From Phoronis australis (Eukaryota > Animalia > Phoronida), in assembly GCA_002633005.1 (NCBI GenBank), contig NMRA01000265.1, positions 129,526-193,525 of the forward strand: a stretch of DNA of 64,000 nt, given 5' to 3'. Position 1 is the stretch's first letter; each line of letters starts with the position of its first letter. Both the position numbers and the translations under genes were made by a program. Of the stretch, positions 1 to 13,708 are shown one piece after another. Below the pieces are notes generated by a model. That model did not search any database and was not told the DNA's origin. It saw only the letters and a list, made by a program, of their open reading frames with translations.

Positions 1-2844
1 CCCCCCCCCCCCCCCCCCCGCACAAAGCAATGGTTCAGGTGGTGCAAGCAGTCATAAAATGTAAATGAGGAGCTCCTAGGAATTGTTGAGTCCAAGTAAT
101 AAGCATAAGTAAACCCTACAAGAAGATTGAAACAGATAATATGAAAATGTTTGCTGAGCAATGTAAAATTAAATGTGCATTCCAAAGCTGTTGAGCTGTC
201 AATTTTGACAGCTAAACCGATTTGGGGTTTAAAAACATTACTAAGCTCATCGGATCATGAATTATAGACGAATAAGACAGCAACTCAAGTCACAGGGAAT
301 GCATACATGCCCCCGCAATTTTAGATTTGGCCAACTTACGGGAAACTAGGTCGCAAGCTTGTCGCATAGAGACCAGTAGATAGGCGTATCCATTGTTTAC
401 AATTTTCCTTTCTTATAATATAAATACTGCTAAGCACTTATCAGCAACAGGTTGACGTGCGCCTAAGGTGCGATATCTCTGCAACCTGCATTGTTATATC
501 CAACGAAGACGCAACACAGGAAAACAATGGTAGTGTCCCATAGGCGATAACCATGCGACGCGCTTGCACCCGTCGCATGGATCTCGCAAGCTAAACCATA
601 GCTTGCGACATACATACCATGTCATTTGGCATGGGAACCCGCATAAACTCTGAGGGGTTTTCTTGAGTTACTGAAGGCTTCGATGCTCTCATTGATAACC
701 AAAATAGACTCCTATCAACTCTATCATGGTAAGCAATATTATGATAGCAATTTTACGAGAGTAAAAAGCCCAGTTCCATTTTCGTTATAGCAGCGAAACG
801 TAGCTTTAATTTTAGACTGTTTCTCACATGTATATGTTACCTGGACAGTGTAGTGTAAGAACTGGCAGCTGTTTTTACAAATAACGTTAACTGAGGCACA
901 TTAATGGATGAAACTGTTGAACTATAATTGCACACAACAGCTGTCTAACCACCGACTGCAAAATTTGCAAAAATTAGGCTTCTCTGAATTCGTTAATTTC
1001 ATAATCTGAAAGTCTACATTTCCCTTAAGCATATATACACTTTCCAAACAAGTGTCAGTATGCAAAACAACCAAGTATTCGTTATCTATCAGTCAGAAGT
1101 GAAGATATTACCTGTGACCCAATAAACAAATTCAGACAACAAACAACAACTAGACAGACAATCTCCTTCTTCTCCTTCTGGCAAGAAAACACAAATCATC
1201 CTTTGATCCTATGACTTTTCTCTATGATTAAACTTATCCTGTTGCTTATCCTATTACATGTATTTACATCTGTTTACTTTAACAGGTAATCTAACAGTTC
1301 AAGATCAACCACAAAGACAATTAACACCTGGTAATGTAGAATACACAAAAAGGTGTTGTAGCTACTCAGTAAGGTGACCACAACTATTTGAGCTATGAAC
1401 AATATGGTGTTTGTTGTCAATGGTAGGATTGTCTTGCAAGGTAGTAGTGGTTTTAACACTTGTATTGTTAGTAACCAGTCTGAAAGTTTTCACATGAAGT
1501 TTGAGATGGTATCAACAAAATTAAACTTTCTGTTCAGATCTCGAGGACTTAATGGCTAGGGCGCTCAGAGAACTCAAAAAATCTCTTATTCAGGACATGC
1601 ACAAGGTGATAAACATTTAAGCATAGTCAAATAACGAGAGAGTATGGTGTTTCTTTGCTTATTTAGCACACAACAAACGAAAAATAAAGATGAAGAAAAT
1701 TTTACTGTATTTTGGTGGGAAATAATGCAAAATTACAGCGCATTTTCTCAACTGCATAAGGTAAGGTGCTGTTAAAACTCTTGACTTTTCATTTCTCAAA
1801 GATAAGTAAGTCTAGTAGTAGTGAAAATTAGCACGAGATGGGTGTTCTGAATGACACAGACGTTTTCTCGAATGGATGAATTGGAGATAGCGAGCATAAA
1901 GCGTTAAAAGAGAAAATTTGGAAATTTAGTATTTTTGCATTTGAACGAGCCATATTAACAGGCCGAGTATAAATTTTCTGAAAACAAAGAAAATAAAAAT
2001 TGCAAAATCAGAATGAAACAACACTGGCCATTGTCGAAACATGAGCCTTTTCCAACAATAATACAGTAAGACATTTGTGTACAGCATGAGTTTAACAAAG
2101 TTCCATTGCACCTGGCTTCTGCTGATGAATTATAAGAGAATTTGTGTTACGTTATCCGTCTCAATAAAGTTATTCCATATACTTTACTAGACTAATCATT
2201 CATTTTCAAAAATGTTTCGCACCAGCTACATGGAATATTTTGCACTGAAACAAAATGTCTCCAACAGAAGATAGCAATCCAATGATTTTCAAGAAATTTA
2301 AAACAGAAGCAGCACCTATTGGCAAATAAGTGAACTAGAAGAAGTCACAAGTTGGACTTGTCTGTCAAGTGGATCCACTACTTCAGACAAACGATAACTT
2401 AACTAACAAGCAGTAAAAAATTATACCAGAGTCACGTAGAGCATTGATATGCGCCCACCACGTGCATTGTAAATGGTAAAGATATAACTGCTGTTCATTT
2501 TACCACACACTTAAGAGTGAACACAGTCTGTTTAAGTATGTAATGATCCTTCAAACTGTTTGGCTGCTGTCACCTTCTTAATTGAAACACATCAGTCAAA
2601 ACTTGGTAGTTTCAGAAGCAGAGGCAGAAAGGTAAATTCGCCGCTACAAGCTAGAATTTGCCACATGCACAAAAAGGTGAGTTAGCTATGTGGCGGCACT
2701 GCAGAAGTCGGGCTGGTCCATAAGTCAACCTAAGTGGTGCTTTTGTTAACAAGAACACACCTTCCATACTTTGAAAAATTCAGTAGATATTGAGGCAAGT
2801 GCAAAAAATTAACACTGCCACAAGGAGGCGTGGAAGTGTTCGCA

Positions 2845-3222
2845 NNNNNNNNNNNNNNNNNNNNNNNNNNNNNNNNNNNNNNNNNNNNNNNNNNNNNNNN
2901 NNNNNNNNNNNNNNNNNNNNNNNNNNNNNNNNNNNNNNNNNNNNNNNNNNNNNNNNNNNNNNNNNNNNNNNNNNNNNNNNNNNNNNNNNNNNNNNNNNNN
3001 NNNNNNNNNNNNNNNNNNNNNNNNNNNNNNNNNNNNNNNNNNNNNNNNNNNNNNNNNNNNNNNNNNNNNNNNNNNNNNNNNNNNNNNNNNNNNNNNNNNN
3101 NNNNNNNNNNNNNNNNNNNNNNNNNNNNNNNNNNNNNNNNNNNNNNNNNNNNNNNNNNNNNNNNNNNNNNNNNNNNNNNNNNNNNNNNNNNNNNNNNNNN
3201 NNNNNNNNNNNNNNNNNNNNNN
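2845..3222. other. Assembly gap (378 N)
   Basis: Run of N. Confidence 1.
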
Positions 3223-4969
3223 TACAAAGCATTTAAATAATAATGGGATGGAATTTAGGGAATGCCAACTTATTGCGTTGAAATCCAAAATTACTCATAT
3301 ATATCAGTTTAGTTTTTACAAGTGTTCTAAATGTCATTTTTATGATATTTCAGCAAAACTAGTCATTGTACTTTCCAGAGCATTAACACCAGCCACTACA
3401 GCCTAAAAAGCTATTGTTTAAGATGACAACATAATGCAGCAGCAGCACCTATTGGCAAATGTGTGAACTAGAGCACATTAGAATGCTGAGCTGTTAACTG
3501 ACTAGACTGTAGTAGAATCAAGACTCGTGTTTGAAATGTCTTTCTGACTTTCCACATATTTCTATGTTCAGCATTACAACACACTGGACGTTAACATGCC
3601 ATCATTTAGCTCCCCCCCCCCCGAAATCAACTAAAGTCTGAACCACTGTTAATAATATGTTTGGAGATGAGAACTCAACAGAGAGCTGATGGGAAAATGC
3701 TGTCATCCCGGGAACTAAAGTTTGATCAAATATTAAGTACCAAGTGACAGATAACTCAAATACACCATAGACAGAATTAACATCACTGTAAATAATTAAT
3801 AGTTACAGTAAAATCTAACCGATTTAGAACACAATATGGTGGCGAACTTGTGATTCTTTTCATTTTCTTCAGAAAACGGAAAAAACACCAAACAACTAGC
3901 CTACTATATCATTTTTTAAGTTCCACATCAAGGCAACTACGAGACATGTTTTGGGAAATTGTGGGAACTAGCAACAAAGTTAAAAGCTTTTGAAAAATGA
4001 AAAAAAAATTGATTTGGGCAATCAATTTTGTCCATAAATGGTGAGATTTTCCCTATAGATCAGAATATTCGACACGCTTTCATACATATGACTTACCCAC
4101 AATGCCCAATATTCAAAATTTCAATCTGTACGACTCTTGTAGGTCTAGCAGTGCAGCTGTAGTAACAGTACACTGAAATCCCCTGAGATTAACAGTGCCT
4201 TTGAACCGACTTTACTCTTAACGAAGCCAAGATCTTATTGCTCAACAGGAATTACACACTTTGTTATGCACCAAGGTAGCCTTTTAACGCAATCTGATTG
4301 AATTGAGACCATCTTGAAAAGTAATTCTGCAAAGTGGTCCGATGATCGTGGATTCTATTGTGCTAGGATTGGATTCCAAATAATTCAAATTTGAACTAGA
4401 AACGTTCTAGCAAAAAGAACCAATGCGAAACCGAGCAGCTATTTATATAGGTAAAGATCAAAATCCACAACACAAATCCACTCCACAGTTTGCCCAATGT
4501 TTACACAACGGGTTAGCACTTCCAAGAGGGAAGAATGGCCTCAAATCTTTAATCTAAGCAAAATCAAAGACTGAAACCACAGGGCCTCTAAGGATAGGCC
4601 AATTGCTACACAGTAGGAAATTGGCGACATCTCATTCAATTACAGCTGTCATCCAAACCACACTATATTTAGAGTATTCATTTGGAGAAAGCAAACACAT
4701 TCAAATGGACACTAGCTCTTCATCAAATACTAACTGAAGCCATTGAGGACCCCAATTCATTGATACAACTGGATGCCGCACAGCAGGTGAACTGTTACCT
4801 ATTGACACTGACAACAAGAACCAGAGAAGAACAAGCAGGCACTCCTTTCATTCACAAAAATTCACTAGGACAGCATGATGCTGGAGTACGACTGCACTGC
4901 CTCATCAAAGTCATTAACTGCAAAGTCTGCATAACTATAATTGCATAGTATTAAATGAAATTAAACCAG

Positions 4970-5047
4970 TGATTATATCATCTATTGGATGTGGGAATTG
5001 GGCGCTTTTGATTATATCATCTATTGGATGTGGGGATTGGGCGCTTT
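4970..5047 (+). repeat. 39-bp tandem duplication
   Basis: TGATTATATCATCTATTGGATGTGGGRATTGGGCGCTTT x2. Confidence 0.9.
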
Positions 5048-8000
5048 ATCTGGCTCTTGTCCAATGTCTCTGAGGTGTGGAAGCAAATGGTTTCTTGCAT
5101 CGTTGACAGAAGGTGCAGAACAGTTTGGAGACAATCATAGGAAACGTTCTACACACACTTCTTTGTGAGCGCACAAAAGCATATTTCGTTTGATCCAATA
5201 GCTTATTGTGGTACGCAGCATGGGGAAGATTGACAGGGGCGTAATTTCTTTCAAATCACAGATAATTTGAGAAGTCGGACATTATTGTGTGAACTGTTTG
5301 AATATCCAAACAGTGGTACTTTGACGGCATGATGGTCGTATACTCATTTTCACATGAACTGTTTTTAAATCTATTAACAAACATGTTTACAAAAATGCAC
5401 AACATGATGTGTATTTTACATCACCTTTCATGACAGGTTATGACTCGCCGCAACAGATACCGATTAACTAGTTGTAATTGATAAGTCCTGTCATTCCTAC
5501 GGTGAATTGTAGAGTACTAGGCAGCCAAGATGGGGAATTGTGCCTGCACTTAGACATCACGAATGGAAATTCTGTCACTTTGTCAGATTAATGTAAAATA
5601 TTGCCAGTTTACGACACAATTTGGTGAAAAAACAAAACTTTATTTTTTCCCTTTTTTATGAAATATTAGTAGCGCCAAACAAATGCATTGTTATTTTGAA
5701 GTTCAGTACTACAACAGCTACCAGACAGTGTTTTGTGGGCATTCGTTACAATCTTAGAACACTTTGACGACTGAAAAAGTGTCAAATTTGGCAATTATTT
5801 TTTCTTCAAAATTAGTAAGACTTTACCATATTTGGGCGTGTATAGTAATTTCAAATTGGCAATATTCCCCAGTACAGGACAGAAATTGAAACAGCAAAAC
5901 TGGACGGCAAACAGGAGTCAGAGGGCGCCAGTAATACATGCCCACAATTTTTTCACAGGCATAAGAAATGTCTAGCAACTTCTACATTGCACTTACTAAT
6001 AGGGAAGAATAATGTGAAGAGTCATTCTAGCAACAAACAGAATATGAACAATGTGTCATTTTGGCATAATCTCTGCGAGGGAATGCCACGAATAACAAAA
6101 AAACCCAAAGTTTTCATTGTTAAAAAGTATCTCATCACCTTACCTTCATCATTGTACACACTGGAGGTATAACACAGCATGTGACTTGTTCGATTATAAA
6201 AATACTACTAATCCTTAAGAAAACAAACACGTTTACAGTTATTCACAAAGCACAGCGATCACCAAAAAACTGCCCTATTGAATGGGCGCGACTGTATTGA
6301 TAAACACTCCTTAGCTGCCAAAATACACTGCGTTTGTGTAACCTGTGTTGACACGTGATTTAAGGACCATCACAACCAGGCTTGATGTCATTACAAGTCG
6401 GAAGACATTCTTAATACCGGTAACGGTATTTGCAGTGATAACAAAAAAGTTGACTGGGTCTGAACAAGTACAGACAGTTGAACATTTATCATAATGAAAT
6501 CACACCTGAGACTACAAAACGCTAAGGCAAGCCTTAATTCCTGTCAACAGGGCTATTTCTCAGATTCTGATTCACGGCAACAAAAAGGACTTTGATGCAT
6601 CAGTTTTCAGTAATACATGTGAAGTTCATCTGAACTCGCCACATTCAAGGCATAATCTATTGTTAGGATGGGTTCAGCTTAGCTTGGTCTAGGTTAAGCG
6701 GTGAAATGAATTTTGAGCAGTTTTTGGCTGGTCACGAAAAGACTTCATCACTTTTCAACACTAGCTGTACCATATGATTGTTCCTCATCTAAATACAAAA
6801 AATAAACACAAGAAATGGTCCTGTATAGATATTTGTTCACTATCTCCTAATCCAAAACACAAAAATGGTAGTGTTCACGGATATTTGTTCTTGTAATCCA
6901 AAATTAAATCTCACGTGTAGGGTAGTTCTTCATATATTTTGCATGAATACTGAATGTTTGACAAAACATTTATTTTTCCTTTTGAAGGCTGATTACTTTG
7001 CTACAAACAGTGGAAACTTCATCAAATGCTGTTTTATGACATCTACACAGCACAACCTAGGCTAGTAAAAGACTGAAATTTTGTTAACCTTTGTCTTTGT
7101 GAAGGAATTTGACAAATTAAAATAGAATTTCACTTGTCGGCCATATTGTGTTCCAAAATAAGTGAGCAGTTACCATAATTTTCTTATCATTTGATCTTAA
7201 TACAACAAAAGCACCTTTATGGGAAAACCAAAGATGACAAACCAAACCTCAAAATCCTATCAAAATTTCAATACAACAACACAGTTCATCAATTAAATAA
7301 CAATATGATTAAATAATATAATAGTGTAATGTAATTAACATTACATAAGCCCCACCCACAACAGTACAAAAATCCAAACAAACAAGATAATCCTTTCCTG
7401 GAAAATGTAGCCAAGTGACTACAAACAACATTTATGAATTAATGAATGAAAGGTCATGCCTTGACATAAGGGTCATCTATTGATAAACTAAATAATACTG
7501 CTGGGTATTGGGTAAAGGTAAACCAAAATCATTGACAAACTGAGACAGCTAAGGGGTTAGAAACAACTCAGCGTGCAAGTCCAAAAAGAGATCGATTCAC
7601 CTATTAGTCAGGAAAGTTTTCACGTAACACAAAAATAATGCAGAGTGTAGCTTTTTAAATTTCACCAGTTTTATACTGGAACTAGAATTTGAGCTGTAGA
7701 GGCACTTTAGATATTGGAGAAAAAAAATTAACAGTACCAACTTTGAACAGTAAATGTTTCTAATACAGCCAAAATAAGACTTGACTAAAAAACGTCACTC
7801 AATTTTGACAATCTTCTTCTGTTTGATCTAGCTTTAGGGCAACAACCATCAGTAAAGCAATATTGTTGAAATGTTAAGTTTGTAGGTCAGTGAGCAGTGT
7901 TGTTCCCTATCCCTGCATCCAGGTGGTGATCTCACAGCTCACTGGTTTTGACAGCAGAAGCACTGCATTAGATAACAGGGTTCAAGTTCTTCTTGGAATC

Positions 8001-9982
8001 CCCCCAGCAAACTTAACCTTATTGACAAACAGTAGCAAGACTGTGACAAAACAATTATCAGAAGTGAATCAATCAAGCAGCAGTGCTCAAATAGAAAATT
8101 GAGCAGTTATTGTTGAGCAACTTTGAGGAATGAACAAACAGAAATCCGAAACCCCTTTAAGGAGGATTATTTAAGATGATAGCAACAATAAACACGGAAT
8201 CAACAAAACAAGCTCCACCCAAATTTAGACCCACGAGCTTCCCAAATAATTTCCACAGTTTCATGATTTTCCATAAAACCCAGCGTACGAATCGGGACCA
8301 TAAAACTGATGGGTCATGTTGTTTTCTGAAATATACCAGCTTTCATAACGTACTATGTTCTTCCCAGCTGTGGTCTTGAGACTGATTACAATCTATAGAA
8401 CATTTATCCCAACATATGCCCTTTGGTACTTATTAAAAGGACGACCAAACAAACATATGGGATGGCACAGTGACCACACATTACATTTAAATGTATGATG
8501 CAGCGCTAACTGTTACTAACCGTGGCAACAGCAGTTAAATAATCAAAATATAACTGAAAATAAATGTAAAGTACACCAGAAGCCAGGCTTTTTAAGCAAC
8601 AATTGCTAGGCAATATTGAAATTTTGAAACTAAATTTCTTCCACCATAACCTTTTAAGATTTGCTCTACAAGTTTTATTATCCATTCTTGTACCTTCACG
8701 ACAAAAACTGTGAATTGCTTTTCATGCTAAATGTATGTTATTCATTTCCAAGTACCTTGTTGATTGCATGAAGTTGACATAGTTCATTCAATGACCAATA
8801 GGTGGCAGAAGCTGACACAAAATTAATCCTTCAAGAGAAACACATCAGGATAGTTCAGCTACAAAGCAATAAAATCTGCCATTGTTTCATCCTGAACCAA
8901 ACTCCTCCAGATACAGTCTAGATTAGAACAGTGTGTGCATTACGCCTGACATTTTACTATCTACCTTGGAAACCGCACCTAGCCACTAATTCAGGTTAAC
9001 AAATTAATCGATAGATTATGGCACTCAGGTACAGTTCAGGTAGGGAGTCTAGTGCTATGCAATTAATCACGGTTTATCTACAGTAAAACAATTACCAAGT
9101 AATGGTGAATAAACACAGCATGAGTGTGCTTATCATGCACACGCCTATCCAACTAAAAAATATTAGTTTTTATATAGGTATGCCATAAATGAAACATTGG
9201 TTTGCAGTCACCTGTTCAATTCAAGGAACAGCCAGACACCACAGTGTGCTAATTCTTTAAATGCAAAAGCAATTGATGTTACAGATCCTTTGTCAGCTTC
9301 GATAAGCATTTTTGCGTTAATTACTTCCCCTGGCATACATTCCATTTCCCAAGCAACAACAGAATGTGACGTAAATGGCCCAAAGTTAGTCAGATCTGTG
9401 TACTACCAAAACTGCATTTGAGTACTTTGGACACCAAAGATTTTAGCGTATTGACTAAATATCAAAAACTTGAAATTTTTCAGCATGTTGGCCTATGGAA
9501 ACTGTGTTTAGCTGGTACTTTTCCTAGTTACCTTTGAAAAAGTTAAATAGTCATTGAGATATGATTACCCATTTTCAGAATTCTCTAAGGTGTTTAGTTG
9601 GTGGACCGACCTTGCAGAACTGAAAAGATCCAAATAATCAACTGAAAGGTTCTTTATTGAAGTTGAATAGTTATGTTAATACATGCAACGGTAATATATC
9701 AGTATACCGAGAATCATGATAAGTCGGATACACAACAAAGAGTCCCTTGCTTCAAAAGTTATGCTCGTTTCTTGCAAAAAAGTGCTCATGACTCTGCAGT
9801 GGACAACGTTTTACATCAGACGACATGTTCTAAATTAACTATATTCACAAGGGTTTTTAAACTGATAAACACGTACCACCGTAATGCCTGACAAAAACTT
9901 CGACTGTTGCTGACCGCTCAACATGCCACAAAGTCAGTGTCGCCATCAGGTGCAGTCACCATATAAATTCGAGAGTCCCTTG

Positions 9983-10145
9983 CAGGGGCGGATCCAGGAT
10001 TTTGACTTAAGGGAGGGGTGGCAGGGTAGAGCATTATCCAGGATTTTGCCTGTCAAACATTCCTACCCCAGAACTGCAAAATGGAATCTGGGAGAATTTT
10101 AGTGGGGCCATGGCCTCCTTGCCCCCTCCCCTACATCCGCCACTG
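9983..10145. mobile_element. hAT-like mini-MITE
   Basis: caggggcggatccagg ... ctacatccgccactg imperfect TIRs. Confidence 0.6.
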
Positions 10146-10809
10146 AAAACAGAGTCTATTTTCTTCCCAGCTCGGAATACACAGACTCTCAAACTTTGCT
10201 ATTTAGACAAAAGTATGCATTTAGCCAAAGATAACTAGAATTAAATGAAATGAACAATCCTCCAACCAGAGAAGTCGTTGCTTATAGTTTAGGCCGCTGA
10301 TGATTAATATCGATAGAAGCCTTGCAATCCATCAATTATCTTGCTGTATTTAGATTGAATAGGAACAAGTTTCCACTTTGAAGCTCAGGTTTTTTCGGTA
10401 AAATAATATGAATATATATTTTTTAACTTCTAATTTAAAATCTATTATTACCTTGTCACTAAGTCAGTTACAAAGGGCCCTCTTGGAAAGCAGTGCTATC
10501 ACTGAAGAGGCCACCCTCATTTTAAACATCACAATAATAAATAAATAAAAAGTTACAACTCAGTAAATAATCTGCTTCGAATTTACGTATTTTTGTCTGG
10601 TTTTGCGGACTTGCGCACTACAAGCCAAACTTCCGTACGAATCTGCTTAGTTTAGCACTCACTTCCAATGACGGCTTCTCTCAGTGATAACCTAGAACTT
10701 CATAGGATCATAATCACATCGCAAATTAAAATGTAATTTCCAAATAGTGACATGGCCGACGATTAGTCAAGCATAACGTAAGTTGACAAACTGCCATCAT
10801 TTACTTTAA

Positions 10810-12885
10810 AGTTGTATTTGCATGTTCCTAGCTATGCTAATGAGGATGCTATTTGAACATCATCTTTACTAAACAAAAAGCAGTTGTATTCATCGAAAAC
10901 AAAAACTTCAACTAATAGGTGACTGCACTAATGACATACCTTGGGGGCTCACACAGACCGCATCATGCAGTGTTATTCTCCAACACCACATCAGGATACT
11001 TACTGGACACGGTTAAGGGATTTACAGCAGATCATTTTCGACACAGAACACGTTCTTAAAAACATTTGGTAATTTTCAATGTATTTCATATTCACATTGT
11101 CGCTATACGTTGTGTTTGACCAAGCAATCAAAGACATAAGGAATTCGTGTGCAAGTTCCACTTTTTAAAGCCTAACTTCAACTGAATATGTTATTTTAGA
11201 TGTATTGGGCTAACCAGGTAGTCCAAAACCTTGGTAAAATAAGAAAACATGACTTTAATTATGCAAATGTAGGCCAGTCAAATGATAGGTAAAGCAGCCT
11301 TTTCGTGCCATATTGCGTCACCGCAAGATCCCAGCACAAACAACAAAAGGCCGATAACAGTTGTGTGGAATAGGGGCCTGAACAGAACACCATATTGCCT
11401 GCATTTTGGTGTTATTTCCAGCTGTTTGAATTAAAACCTGATTCTGCAGTGACATAAACAAAAGCACTGGTCAATACTCCTAACAATTGATTACATTTGA
11501 CAATTTATGGCACTCAGCTTTTAACATGGTGTAGGAAACAAATTTACAGGTGTTACCATTCAAGATAGGCATTAACAGACTTTATCGATTTAAGAGGCAA
11601 TTTTGGACTTAATGTTGGATGGGATGGATTTTTGAAGTTATTAGCTTTGACCAGAGCTATAAAAACACTGTCTTGCTTTCAAGACTTGATTATAAATCAC
11701 CAATTCTTGCAGTTGTCCACCACATTCCCTGAAATCAAGCCCAGTGTATATATCCTATAACAAGGTTAAAAACATTGAAATGTAACACGTGGAATTCGGC
11801 TCAGCAGCAGAGTGTTGGGCTGCTATTGAGGCTTGATTCCAGGTTACTGCTGACTTTTCGTAATATTTCTTTTCTGACCAAGAATATCCCTTTAAGACTG
11901 GTTCTGACGCTGGCATGAACAAATCTATTGATTGGGTAAACGCTAATTTTTGTCCATTATTAAATGCCCGAGGCTCAACTTATTGCCCACCCTGATTTTC
12001 CAATCTCTCTTGGCGCCAGACAAGTGCATTACATCTACAAAGTACCCATAGTGCCATTTACACTCTAAAGTTGACACAGACCAGTTGACAGGGAACGGAA
12101 TGAGATGTTCCAACGCAAGCATGCGGTACTGCCATGAAGCAAACTGACACCGCGGTGACAAATTTTGCCACCCATTTGTGAGGTAGAGCAATATGCGCTC
12201 CATCATCTTGCTCCGTATCAATTACTGGGGCAAGGCGGAAAGGACCATCTCTACTGCGCTTATGCAATGACCTACATACGGGTTCTATGTCTCTGCAACT
12301 CCCGCTATTTGAAAACCTGCGCATGTGCGTTTCACTCTCTAGCCTACAATTTCCGTCTTGCCACAGTTAGTGAGTTGTGTGTGTAAACGGCTGCTTGACA
12401 CCGATCAATTTGCTCGGTGTCAGTTGTTCAGGGCCAAAAGTTGATGTCTAAAAGGGACTCATGTGAAAGTGAGCATTTTGCCTAGCTATTTGTGAGAGGG
12501 AGTTAATCCATTATACGCCAAGCTATCCTTAACTTCAAGAAGCTGGCAGAACTCACTCAGCCTTAAAGTAGAGCTAAGCACACTTAATTCCTTATCTCTG
12601 TGATTGCTTTGTCAAATCAGTTAGAAACAAAACACCTAGCGAACCGAACCGTGTCCAGTTTAGTACCCTGGTGTTGGAGAATAACACTGCATGACTAGGG
12701 TTATGTGAGCCCCCAAGGTACGTCATTAGTGCAAAGGTCATCTATTTGCTGAATTTTTTGTTTTTACATTTACAAGTTGTCAGTGAATACATACTGCACT
12801 TTGTTTAGCATAGGTGATGTTCAAACAGCATTGTCGTTTAGTTCCTGCTTTACATTAGCACAGTTAGGAGCATGCAAATACATCT
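10810..12885. mobile_element. Old non-autonomous element with ~180-215-bp inverted termini and TTAA flanks (Kolobok-like)
   Basis: 10810-10988 is the gapped reverse complement of 12669-12885; TTAA at 10806-10809 and 12886-12889; 5'-AG termini. Confidence 0.6.
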
Positions 12886-13498
12886 TTAAGAGAGAGAGAG
12901 AAACTAGAATTCACACGTAACACACACACGCAGATATTAGGGTGTGAACTTCAGATTCCAAGGTGTTTTATTAGTGCTGGTCAACCTTATCATTTAGGAC
13001 AGTGGAGTAGGCGCTGATTGACAATCTAATGACCCAGCGCAAACATCCTTAGAAGGCCATTCAATGTCTCAAGAACATTGTTTATTTCATGTTTATCTTG
13101 ATTTAAAAACGACCAATGCCATAAATAAGACACACAATGCATGGTTCATTTTAAAAGCACATGATTAATTGATTATCAATCTCATTTGATTTTTCTTAAA
13201 ATCTCTGAAAAGTCTGGATTAGCCATCACGTCACACTCAAATGCACAAAACGATGGAAATAAAAACAGGAAATGCTGGCTAGAAACTGGTTATTTTGCAC
13301 GTTTTTTTAATTAAACCAAGAATTCATTACTTTCTACATTGATCAGTGTAGCTGTATTCATGAAATACAGTGCCCATTCAGCCATGTAAGTTAACAGGCA
13401 AGTTGATATGTGAATAAAAACAGCAATTGTTTTCTATGTTAACCATAACACACTAAACAAGGTGAAGATGAGGCTTTTTAACAGCGGTTTAAAGCAGG

Positions 13499-13708
13499 GT
13501 CTGATATACCATACCCAACATTTTGATAACCAGTTTTCTCTGCTGAATAGCGAGCACCAACTGGTTCTCATAATGCAGGCACTTTATATTAGACTATTAC
13601 CAGTTCAGTGTAAGTCTGATAAAATGAGCCCGTATTTTGAGAACCAGTTTTCTCCACAGAATAGCAGACATCAAAGTGGTGTTCAAAATGCGGGCTTTAT
13701 CAGACTAC
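13499..13708. repeat. Two tandem copies of the ~95-bp hairpin repeat
   Basis: GTCTGATA..GCCCGCATTTTGAGAACCAGTT-loop-AACTGGTTCTCAAAATGCGGGC..TATCAGAC (consensus) occurs twice. Confidence 0.8.

Noticed and set aside
330-646. Probable Harbinger-like MITE with TCGCA/TGCGA repeats ending ATGGGAACCCGCATAA
   Set aside because: The left terminus could not be defined, so it is not reported as a feature.
2730-3288. Long ORFs spanning the gap
   Set aside because: Artefacts of the N run.
6144-6180. Strong donor AAG|GTAAGG preceded by ATG ATG AAG (phase 0)
   Set aside because: Too short to distinguish from chance without transcripts.
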